Assembly: GCA_030428385.1 (NCBI GenBank)
Contig: JAUIDY010000001.1
Span: 14,279 to 78,278 of the forward strand
DNA: 64,000 bases
Reading direction: 5' to 3'
DNA from: Rhodothermia bacterium
Lineage (GTDB): Bacteria > Bacteroidota > Rhodothermia > Rhodothermales > JAAAOL01
In this document: piece after piece, positions 22,766 through 30,864 of the stretch
How positions within the stretch are numbered: the stretch's first letter is position 1
Layout of the letters: each line of letters starts with the position of its first letter
Made by a program: the position numbers and the translations under genes
Notes under the pieces: generated by a model
Database searches by the model: none
What the model saw: the letters and a program-made list of their open reading frames with translations, nothing else
Told to the model about the DNA's origin: nothing

Positions 22766-22892
22766 ATGCTGAACTTGTTTCAGCATCTCTGTTTTTAGCG
22801 TTGAGATCCCGAAAGATCCTGAATCAAGTTCAGGACAGGGTTCGGGATGACATCAACTTCAACTTTGAAAGAGTATCAGACTTGTCAAAGTT
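22766..22892. repeat. Cluster of intergenic hairpins (REP-like)
   Basis: Three hairpins: atgctgaa/ttcagcat (22766-22786); nested atcccgaa...tcctgaa tcaa ttcagga...ttcgggat (22806-22848); aactttga/tcaaagtt (22861-22892). The first two share a ctgaa-N4/5-ttcag core. Confidence 0.45.
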
Positions 22893-22907
22893 CTAGCACG
22901 GCTTTAG

Positions 22908-23585
22908 CTACATCTGCTCGGTGTCGTAGAACAGGTTGACGTTGCTGACGTGCGCGGCCTTGCCGAGTTCTTTGGTTAGCGCCTCGGTGTGCTCTTTCTT
23001 GCGGAGATCCACGAAGAATGTCAGGTCCAGCATGTCGCTGTCGCCCACCGAGCGCGCGTTGATGAGCTTGTAGCGCTTGGCGTATTTGTCGAGCACGGGC
23101 AGGTACGTCGCCGAGCCGTTTTGCTGCGGCGCATCGTACGAGAGTTGCAACACAAACGCCTCCTTGTGGATGACGGCGTAGTTGCTCTTGGTGGTGACGG
23201 CAATCACGGCGCAGATGCTGGCGGTGCCCATGAGGGCCACGGCGTACATGCCCACACCGGCGGCCATGCCTACCGCCAGCGCGAAGAACACAAACACGAT
23301 GTCTTGCGGATCTTTCACGGCCGTCCGAAACCGGATGATTGACATGGCCCCGACGAGGCCGAAGGCACGGGCGAGGTTGTTGCCAATCGCGAGCATCACC
23401 ACCGCCGTAATCATCGCCAGAAAAATCATTGAGCGGACGAAGCTGGGCGCGTAGTCCGAGCCCCGGTAGGTCCAGCGATATGTCAGCGAGATAGCGAGTC
23501 CACACACGAGTGCCACCAGCAGCCCCTTCACCACATCGCCGGTGTGAATCGCGTAATCTTGTATCGACTGAAACTCTTGCAACAT
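22908..23585 (-). CDS. DUF4956-family membrane protein
   Basis: Four TM segments plus the LARAFGLVGAMSIIRFRTAVKDPQDIVFVFFALAVGMAAG block typical of DUF4956, followed by a soluble C-terminal ~90 aa. Confidence 0.7.
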   Translation of the reverse strand: MLQEFQSIQDYAIHTGDVVKGLLVALVCGLAISLTYRWTYRGSDYAPSFVRSMIFLAMITAVVMLAIGNNLARAFGLVGAMSIIRFRTAVKDPQDIVFVFFALAVGMAAGVGMYAVALMGTASICAVIAVTTKSNYAVIHKEAFVLQLSYDAPQQNGSATYLPVLDKYAKRYKLINARSVGDSDMLDLTFFVDLRKKEHTEALTKELGKAAHVSNVNLFYDTEQM

Positions 23586-23600
23586 AGGGGGGAAACGTCC

Positions 23601-24437
23601 TCAAACTTCCATCGATGAAGGGCGCAATATATTGCTTCGCGCGAACACGGTGTGGGCTTTCTCCGCGTCCAGGTGTTTCACCACGGGCGGGGCTTTGGCC
23701 AGCACCGCGGCCTTGTGGTCCGTATGCCAGCCATTTAACTCCGCGCAGATGCAGTACTTGGACAAGGCGCGACGGCGGAGGTTATATTTCGCCAGCATCG
23801 GCAGCAGCCACGCCGGGAACCGGGTGTTGTACTTCACTTCGAGGATGAAGTGGCCCGGAAACGCATTCCGCAGGCCATCATCTGTAAAAAGTGCGTCGAG
23901 GGGCAGGTAGGAAGCCCCCCGCAGGTTGCGGTCGAAGGTGATGCGCAGGGTGGCATCGAAGCGCCCGTGGAAGGCTTCGCGCTCATAAACGGTGGTGTGA
24001 GTAGGCCGCAGTGCATACCGCCGCACATGGTAGAAGAACCGCCGCGCATCTTCGATCGCCTCGGCGTAGTGACCGCCGAGACGAATGTATTGCTTCACAT
24101 CACCGGTGGCGAACAACGCGCCAAGGTCCTCAAACGCGAGCGGGGCGCGGTTTTTTGAGACCTGGTTTTCCACCTTGCGCTTGATCTCGAGAAAGACCGG
24201 GTGGCCGTCTTCAAGCTGGTTGTAGGCCCGCACGCGCAGCTTGCGCCGCACCTTGATGCCCGCCTGCTTCTCGTGGTAATACCGGAGCGAGGCGGTGTCA
24301 AGATAGATGCTGCGGACGGTGTACCCGCGCTCCTCGTAGCCATGCCCATGCCGGTCCAATTCCACAAACGGCGCAATGGCAGCCCGGAGGTCAGGCAGCG
24401 CGGCGTTGGGAACGAGGTATTTATGTTCGGCACGCAT
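23601..24437 (-). CDS. VTC-domain protein (polyphosphate-polymerase-type triphosphate tunnel metalloenzyme)
   Basis: MRAEHKYLVP..., YTVRSIYLDT, KVRRKLRVRAY, FLEIKRK and ILEVKY strands alternate basic and acidic residues, as in the Vtc4 catalytic tunnel fold. ATG 24437 lies 4 nt after the upstream stop. Confidence 0.8.
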   Translation of the reverse strand: MRAEHKYLVPNAALPDLRAAIAPFVELDRHGHGYEERGYTVRSIYLDTASLRYYHEKQAGIKVRRKLRVRAYNQLEDGHPVFLEIKRKVENQVSKNRAPLAFEDLGALFATGDVKQYIRLGGHYAEAIEDARRFFYHVRRYALRPTHTTVYEREAFHGRFDATLRITFDRNLRGASYLPLDALFTDDGLRNAFPGHFILEVKYNTRFPAWLLPMLAKYNLRRRALSKYCICAELNGWHTDHKAAVLAKAPPVVKHLDAEKAHTVFARSNILRPSSMEV

Positions 24438-24441
24438 CAGG

Positions 24442-25506
24442 TCAGGACAGCGGGGCTTGAAACCAGCGGCGGACATACTGGGCCAGCGTCAGCGTCCCGC
24501 CCGCAATCTGGCACCGCGTCACGGTTCCGGGTAGCAGCCGAGGGCCGTCCTCGATGAGCGCCGTCACCAGCACCACCGATTGGCCGTTTAACTGATGGAT
24601 CGTGTCGCCCAGTTGATGCACCTGCGCCGCGATGGGCTCCGCCAACCCGGCTACCTGCACCGTCACGTCGGCACCCACCGTCAGGTGCAGGTGCTCCTCC
24701 CAGCGGACAGGCATAACGACAACGAACGTGTCCATGTGATGCACGGTAAGCAGCGTGTCGCTGCCAAACGACCGCACGACAGTGCCCGCAATCGGTGCCG
24801 TAATGGTGTACAAGCTGAGGCGGTTGTTCAGCGTGGCGATGTCATTGCGCAGCGCCTCCACTTCGGTGCGCGTCAGGCTGAGTTGTTCGGGTTTTTCGCC
24901 CGTTTGCAGTGCATCCAGCCGTGCCTGCGCCGCTGCGATGTTGGCCAGAAAGACGCGGTGCTGGCTTTCCGCAATTTCCAGTTCTTGCTCCGAGATCAGC
25001 GCCTGTGCACGCAGGGCCCGCTGGCGTTCGAGGATGTTTTCGTGCTGTGTGGCTTCTTCCTGGGCCTGCGCCAGTTGCATCTGCGCCTCGTTGACCACGG
25101 CAGCCTTTTCGCCCGTGGTTTGCACGTCCAGCATCGCCAGCGTGGCTGCCAGTTCCCCGGTGAGTTGCGTCAGTTCGCGCTCTGTGGTGCTGGAAAAAAT
25201 GGTCGCGATGGTGTCACCTTCGGCCACGTCCACGTCGGGCTTGAGGCCGGGCTGGAGCGTGAGTTGCACAAAGTCGCCCCGCTCGAAGCGGTTGAGCGCG
25301 TAGCTCTGCACGGTGCCCTCGGCATGGTCGTGCAACATCCCGCCAATGGAGCCCGCGCCATCGCGCACCAAGGTCCACGACTGGGCGGGCCATACCTTGC
25401 CCGTCACTTCGATGGTATAGGCCACCTCCGAGGGAAGTAACAAAACACCGACGACCACCAAAACAGCGAGGACGCCAGCCACTACATAACGCACCATGTC
25501 CTGCAA
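24442..25506 (-). CDS. HlyD-family membrane-fusion (periplasmic adaptor) protein
   Basis: Has an N-terminal TM (YVVAGVLAVLVVVGVLLL), a lipoyl-like VAEGDTIATI, a ~110-aa coiled coil and an ITAPIAGTVV beta-barrel motif. Confidence 0.7.
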   Translation of the reverse strand: MQDMVRYVVAGVLAVLVVVGVLLLPSEVAYTIEVTGKVWPAQSWTLVRDGAGSIGGMLHDHAEGTVQSYALNRFERGDFVQLTLQPGLKPDVDVAEGDTIATIFSSTTERELTQLTGELAATLAMLDVQTTGEKAAVVNEAQMQLAQAQEEATQHENILERQRALRAQALISEQELEIAESQHRVFLANIAAAQARLDALQTGEKPEQLSLTRTEVEALRNDIATLNNRLSLYTITAPIAGTVVRSFGSDTLLTVHHMDTFVVVMPVRWEEHLHLTVGADVTVQVAGLAEPIAAQVHQLGDTIHQLNGQSVVLVTALIEDGPRLLPGTVTRCQIAGGTLTLAQYVRRWFQAPLS

Positions 25507-25565
25507 TCAATCGCTCCATAAAACAACCGAAAGGCCCGTGCGGAAGCTTTCGGACGCGGGGGGTG

Positions 25566-25660
25566 TTAACATAAAGTTAAAGTTAATGTAATACCGTGGA
25601 AAAAGATAAGATCACATGGAGAGCCTGTTAAAAGGAGCCCCGGCGGTGGGATCACATGGC
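25566..25660. promoter_or_regulatory. AT-rich divergent control region with direct repeats
   Basis: gttaacataaagttaaagttaatgtaat (tandem agttaa) is followed by two copies of gatcacatgg at 25610-25619 and 25650-25659, 40 nt apart. The region lies between the divergent HlyD-like and CotH genes. Confidence 0.25.
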
Positions 25661-25745
25661 AGATTCCCTCCACTAATAAAACACAATGCCTATCTTCAGC
25701 ACCTTTTGTTCGTTTTGTCTCCCCCACCCCACCCCCGTTTCGACC

Positions 25746-28700
25746 ATGCGTACCCTGGTCTTTAGCCTGCTCCTTCTTGCTGTTGTTGGTGAGGTCCAGG
25801 CACAACATCCGGTGCTGAATGAACTGATGGCCAGCAACACCGAAACGCTGGCCGACGATGATGGCGACTTCTCCGACTGGATCGAGCTGTATAATCCCAC
25901 GGGGGCGGACATCTTGCTAGGAGGCTATGGTCTTTCGGACGAAGAGGGCGAGCCGTTTAAGTGGGTTATCCCGTCCCAAACGTTGACTGCGGGTGACTAT
26001 GCCCTCTTTTTCGCCTCGGCGAAAGACCGGGCGGGCACCAACGGGCTATGGGAAACGGTGATCGACTGGGGCGATGCGTGGCGCTACCGGGCCGGGACCT
26101 CCGAGCCGCCTGCCACCTGGACCGACCCCGGCTTTGACGACGCGGGCTGGAACACCGGCCCCAGCGGGTTCGGCTACGGCGACGGCGATGACGCCACCCC
26201 CTTCTCCTCCAGTACCCTCGTGCATTACGTCCGCACGACCTTCTCCATCGACGACCCACAGGCGGTGAATGGGGCACTGTTTCATGTGCACTATGATGAT
26301 GCGTTTGTGGCGTACCTGAACGGCGTCGAGATCGCGCGGGCTGGCATCGGCACTCCCGGCGTGCGCCCCACCTATCAGGAGGGCGCCCTCACCGATCACG
26401 AGGCGCAAAACGTGCTGGGCCAGCTTCCCGACGAGTTTGAGATCGACACGGACCTGCTGCAACCGGGCGAAAATGTGCTGGCTGTGCAGATCCACAACGT
26501 CTCCACCACGTCGTCCGACCTGTCGCTGATCCCGTTTCTTTCGCTCGGCCTGTCTACACCGCCCGCTTCGCCGCGTGGCCCGTCAACGCACCTCGTTCCC
26601 TTTTTCGAGCGGCTGCCCCATGCCAACTTCAAGCTGAGCAGCGGCGGCGAGACGCTGTATCTCACCGGCCCCGATGGCGTGCGGGTGGATGAAATCGAGA
26701 TCCCGGCGCTGCCGCCGGATGTGTCGTATGGCCGCACCCCGGATGGCAGCGCCGCGTGGACGTTGTTAACCACCGCTACGCCCCAAGCCCCCAACCCCTC
26801 GACGGGCATCGCCGACATTTCGGCGGCACCGGCTTTTGACCAGGCTTCGGGCTTTTATGCCAATGCCATCAGCGTGCAACTCTCCGCCGATCCCCCCGAG
26901 GCCCCGATCTATTTTACCCTGGATGGATCGGAGCCGACGATGACCAACAGCGCCCGCTACACCCAGCCGCTGACGCTGTCCGAAACGACGGTGATCCGCG
27001 CGCGCACCTTTACACCGGGGCTCATCCCCAGCCCCATCACCACCCACACCTATCTCGTTGGCGAGACCCAAAACCTGCCCACCATCGCCATCTCCACCGA
27101 CCCGGAAAACCTGTGGGACTGGAATACCGGCATTTACGTCCTGGGGCCGAATGCTGACCCCCAGCCGCCGAATCGAGGCGCGAATTTCTGGCAGGACTGG
27201 GAAATCCCGGTGCATGTGGCGTTTTACGAAACCGACGGCGAACTGGCTTTCAGCACCGACGCGGGAGCCCGCATCGTGGGCGGCTACACCCGCAGTTCCC
27301 CCCAGAAGTCCCTCGCCCTCTTCGCGCGTGGACGGTATGGCGACTCGGCCTTCGAACACCAGATCTTCCCCGACCGACCGTATGACTCGTACCAGGCCGT
27401 TACGCTGCGCAACGCGGGCAACGACTGGAGCCGGGCGCATTTCCGGGATGGGTTTATGCAAAGCCTCGTCACCGAAGCCGACATCGACGGGCTGGCGTTT
27501 CGCCCGGCGGTGGTGTTCCTCAATGGCGAATACTGGGGCATCCAGAACCTGCGCGAAAAACCCAACGAGCATTATCTGGCCTCGCTGCACGACGTGGACG
27601 CCGATGCCCTCGACCTGCTCGAAGGCAATGCCGATGTGATCGAAGGAGACAACGCCGACTACCTCGCCCTGCTCAACTTTATGGCCACCAGCAATATGGC
27701 CTCGGACGATGTGTATGCAGAGGTGCGCCGCCAGATCGACATCAACAACTTCATCGACTACCAGGTCACCCAGATCTTTATCAACAACCGCGACTGGCCC
27801 GGCAACAACATCAAGTTCTGGCGGCCCCATGAGGACGGGCGCTGGCGGTGGATCCTGTTCGACACCGACTTTGGCTTTGGCATTTATGGCAACCTCGAAT
27901 ACGAGGAAAACGGGATCGCCTTCGCCACCGACCCCAACGGTCCCGATTGGCCGAATCCGCCGTGGTCTACCTTTGTGCTGCGCCGCCTGCTCGAAAACCC
28001 CGACTTCGAACGGGCCTTCATTAACCGCTTCGCCGACTTCCTGAACGTCCATTTTACCACCGACCGGATGGAGGAAGCACTTGATGCCATCATCGACACG
28101 ATGGACGAGGAAATCCCGCGCCACATGGCCCGTTGGGGCGCACAGGGTGGACCATGGGAATCTCACATCAATGTCATCCGCACCTTTGCCCACCAGCGAC
28201 GGGCCCCGCTGCTGCGCCACTGGCGCAACTACTTCGCCCTGGCCGCCCTGCAACCCATCACGCTCGATGTGGCGACCGCGGGCACCGGCACCATCCGCAT
28301 CAACCGCGAAATGGTGACGGCCTTTCCGTGGACGGGCGACTATTTCCCCCGCGTCCCGGTGACCCTCACGGCCGAGCCTGCCCCCGGCTATCGGTTTGTG
28401 GAATGGTCGGGCGCGGCCCAAAGCACTGACCGCGTCCTCACCATCGACCCGGTTAACTCCCCCTCGGTAACCGCCCATTTTGCGCCTATCTCAGGAAGTG
28501 CCGCCCCGGTGGTGATCAACGAAATCCAGTACCACCCCCCGGATGACGCCGACACAGGCGACTGGGTGGAACTGCTCAACCGCAGCCCCGAAGCCTTCGA
28601 CCTCTCGGGCTGGGCGCTGATGGACGCTCAGGAAGACCATGCTTTCACCCTCCCGGAGGGTACCACCATTGCACCCAAAAGCTACCTTGTCCTGACCCAG

Positions 28701-29282
28701 GAGCCCGACGCTTTCGCGGCGGTCCACCCCGACGTGCCCTCCCTCGGCGGTTGGGACTTCGGATTTAGCCAGGCGGGCGACCATGTGCGGATTTTGGATG
28801 CCGACGGCGTGCTGGTAGACTCGCTGACCTTCGATGACGACACGCCGTGGCCCAGCGAGGCTGATGGCGACGGCCCCTCGCTCGAACTCATCGAATCGGC
28901 CCATGACAATGCCAACCCGGCCAACTGGAGTTTTTCGCGGGTTATGGGCGGCACACCGGGCGCCCTCAACACCGTTGGCGTTCCGGTAGACGCCACACCC
29001 CAGCCCACCTTGCCCCAGACCTACACGCTGGAAGCCGCTTACCCCAACCCCTTCCGCGACCACGTCACCTTCAGCTACAGTCTCCCCGAAGCCGGACGCG
29101 TGGAACTGCGAGTTTATAACACCCTGGGGCAACAGGTGGCGACGCTGATCAACACCGACCAAGCCGCCGGAAGACAGCGTATTCGCTGGAGCGCCGCCGA
29201 CGCCGCACCGGGGCTCTACCTCGTCCAGCTTCGGGTCGCGGGTACGCTCAAGGCCAACCGCAGCGTGCTTCGGATTCGCTAA
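25746..29282 (+). CDS. T9SS-secreted CotH-family kinase with two lamin-tail domains and a chitobiase/hexosaminidase-C-like domain
   Basis: ATG 25746 gives the signal MRTLVFSLLLLAVVGEVQAQ. Lamin-tail-domain blocks are LNELMASNT...FSDWIELYNPTGADILLGGYGLSD and VVINEIQYHPPDDADTGDWVELLN...LSGWALMD. The CotH core is LRNAGNDWSRAHFRDGFMQSLV...FLNGEYWGIQNLREK. The T9SS C-terminal domain is AAYPNPFRDHVTFSY...GLYLVQL. Confidence 0.85.
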   Translation: MRTLVFSLLLLAVVGEVQAQHPVLNELMASNTETLADDDGDFSDWIELYNPTGADILLGGYGLSDEEGEPFKWVIPSQTLTAGDYALFFASAKDRAGTNGLWETVIDWGDAWRYRAGTSEPPATWTDPGFDDAGWNTGPSGFGYGDGDDATPFSSSTLVHYVRTTFSIDDPQAVNGALFHVHYDDAFVAYLNGVEIARAGIGTPGVRPTYQEGALTDHEAQNVLGQLPDEFEIDTDLLQPGENVLAVQIHNVSTTSSDLSLIPFLSLGLSTPPASPRGPSTHLVPFFERLPHANFKLSSGGETLYLTGPDGVRVDEIEIPALPPDVSYGRTPDGSAAWTLLTTATPQAPNPSTGIADISAAPAFDQASGFYANAISVQLSADPPEAPIYFTLDGSEPTMTNSARYTQPLTLSETTVIRARTFTPGLIPSPITTHTYLVGETQNLPTIAISTDPENLWDWNTGIYVLGPNADPQPPNRGANFWQDWEIPVHVAFYETDGELAFSTDAGARIVGGYTRSSPQKSLALFARGRYGDSAFEHQIFPDRPYDSYQAVTLRNAGNDWSRAHFRDGFMQSLVTEADIDGLAFRPAVVFLNGEYWGIQNLREKPNEHYLASLHDVDADALDLLEGNADVIEGDNADYLALLNFMATSNMASDDVYAEVRRQIDINNFIDYQVTQIFINNRDWPGNNIKFWRPHEDGRWRWILFDTDFGFGIYGNLEYEENGIAFATDPNGPDWPNPPWSTFVLRRLLENPDFERAFINRFADFLNVHFTTDRMEEALDAIIDTMDEEIPRHMARWGAQGGPWESHINVIRTFAHQRRAPLLRHWRNYFALAALQPITLDVATAGTGTIRINREMVTAFPWTGDYFPRVPVTLTAEPAPGYRFVEWSGAAQSTDRVLTIDPVNSPSVTAHFAPISGSAAPVVINEIQYHPPDDADTGDWVELLNRSPEAFDLSGWALMDAQEDHAFTLPEGTTIAPKSYLVLTQEPDAFAAVHPDVPSLGGWDFGFSQAGDHVRILDADGVLVDSLTFDDDTPWPSEADGDGPSLELIESAHDNANPANWSFSRVMGGTPGALNTVGVPVDATPQPTLPQTYTLEAAYPNPFRDHVTFSYSLPEAGRVELRVYNTLGQQVATLINTDQAAGRQRIRWSAADAAPGLYLVQLRVAGTLKANRSVLRIR

Positions 29283-29362
29283 AAGGGCAAGTAGGCCTTG
29301 GAACGCAGGTCTAAAACCGGTCGTTTGGCACCCTTCCTTGCTCCCCGCCTTACCCATCCCTG

Positions 29363-30142
29363 TTGTCCATGCGCACCGCGCTTCGTTCCCTCTGGGTCTG
29401 GACTGCCATCATCACCCTGATTGTGGTGTGGCTGCCGCTGCTTGCCCTCGTCCGGCTCTTCGACCGCGACCCCGCCCGCTATCGTACCGGGCGCTGGTTT
29501 CGGCGGCTCGGCATGATGATGACCAAGATTAATCCGGCGTGGCAAATCCACATCACGGGCGACTTCCCCGACAACCCGCGCCATCCGTATATCGTCGTCA
29601 GCAACCACCAGTCGAACGCCGACATCCCCCTGATTAGCTGCCTGCCGTGGGAGATGAAATGGGTAGCGAAAGCCGAATTGTTCAAGCTGCCCGTGGTGGG
29701 CTGGATGATGCGGCTGGCGGGCGACATCGAGGTGGACCGCAAGGACAAGCGCAGCCGGGCACAGGTGTTTATCACGGCGCGGCAGTACCTGAAGGACCGC
29801 TGCTCGGTGATGTTTTTCCCCGAAGGCACCCGCTCGCGTGACGGGCGTGTGCTGCCCTTCACCGATGGCGCATTCCGCATCGCCATCAAGACCAAGGTGC
29901 CTATCCTGCCGCTGGTGGTAGAGGGCTCGCAGAACGCCCTGCCGAAACACGACTGGAAGTTCGGCACCATCGAACACATCCGCCTGCATGTCTTCCCGCC
30001 CATTCCCACCGACGGCCTCACCGGCAACGATGCCGAGGCGCTGCGCGAGCAGGTGCGCCAGCAGATCCTTGACCAACTCGCCGCGTGGCGCGGCGTAGCG
30101 CCCGACGCCGTGGACGCACAGGCCAAAACACCCAATGCCTGA
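29363..30142 (+). CDS. plsC: 1-acyl-sn-glycerol-3-phosphate acyltransferase family protein
   Basis: HxxxxD motif VSNHQSNADI, FPEGTRSRDG, and an N-terminal TM. Confidence 0.85.
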   Translation: MSMRTALRSLWVWTAIITLIVVWLPLLALVRLFDRDPARYRTGRWFRRLGMMMTKINPAWQIHITGDFPDNPRHPYIVVSNHQSNADIPLISCLPWEMKWVAKAELFKLPVVGWMMRLAGDIEVDRKDKRSRAQVFITARQYLKDRCSVMFFPEGTRSRDGRVLPFTDGAFRIAIKTKVPILPLVVEGSQNALPKHDWKFGTIEHIRLHVFPPIPTDGLTGNDAEALREQVRQQILDQLAAWRGVAPDAVDAQAKTPNA

Positions 30143-30223
30143 CGCCGCTTGCTCGTAACTCCGCTGCCAGGCCCCGCGTAGGGAGGGCGAACGTGTTGTT
30201 TCAATCTTTCGCCCCACCGATTT

Positions 30224-30673
30224 ATGGAACCGACTCCTGCCCTTCGCGCTTTTTTGCTGAACCTCGGCTATGTGGCGTTGCCGCTCAAAAAAAGCCCCCT
30301 CAACCATTTCGAACTACGCGGCACCCTCAACAACCAGCCCGTCTTGTTGATGCTGGACACGGGAGCGTCTCACACCGGCCTTGACGAACAAAGCGCCGAG
30401 CGGCTCCATCTTCTGTCCGAAGCCTCCGATGAAAAAGCGGGTGGGTTAGGCAACTCCGAGATGACGGTTTCGCAGTGTGTGATTGATACCTTAACACTTG
30501 GCGAATTGCGTTTTGAATCCGTCCCGGCCTTCGTCGCCGACCTCTCCCATGTGAATGCCGCCTTGGCCGTCGCCAACGCCGACTCGGTTGATGGTATCTT
30601 GGGGGCCGACTTGCTGAACCACCACGGCGCCATTATTGATTATGGCAGCAGCACCCTGTACCTCAAGCCGTAG
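30224..30673 (+). CDS. Retropepsin-like (clan AA) aspartic protease
   Basis: LLMLDTGASHTGL active-site motif and an ILGADLL block in a 149-aa single-lobe protein. Confidence 0.6.
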   Translation: MEPTPALRAFLLNLGYVALPLKKSPLNHFELRGTLNNQPVLLMLDTGASHTGLDEQSAERLHLLSEASDEKAGGLGNSEMTVSQCVIDTLTLGELRFESVPAFVADLSHVNAALAVANADSVDGILGADLLNHHGAIIDYGSSTLYLKP

Positions 30674-30864
30674 CAGATGGCCGTCGTGTGGGACAGGTGT
30701 TTTTGGGCGCAGACAGTGTTACATTGAAGGACGTGCCCTGAACCGTCGGTATTTTAGTTCATCGCGAACGAACCGATGTTTTTAGCTGCACCTTCTGAAG
30801 CTTTTCCGCTTTTTGTCTTGCATTCCTGTTTCTTCCTTTTCTCGCTCTAACCCAGCCACACGCC

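Noticed and set aside
26766-28478. Very long antisense ORFs inside confident genes. Examples: 570 aa here inside cotH; 18488..20116 inside the TonB receptor; 53143..54525 inside the OM barrel; 49410..50621 and 50769..52571 opposite the TPR kinase; 29279..30307 opposite plsC
   Set aside because: These are typical high-G+C stop-codon-poor shadow frames. Their translations are Arg/Gly/His/Val-rich with no motifs, while the opposite strand carries clear domain signatures.
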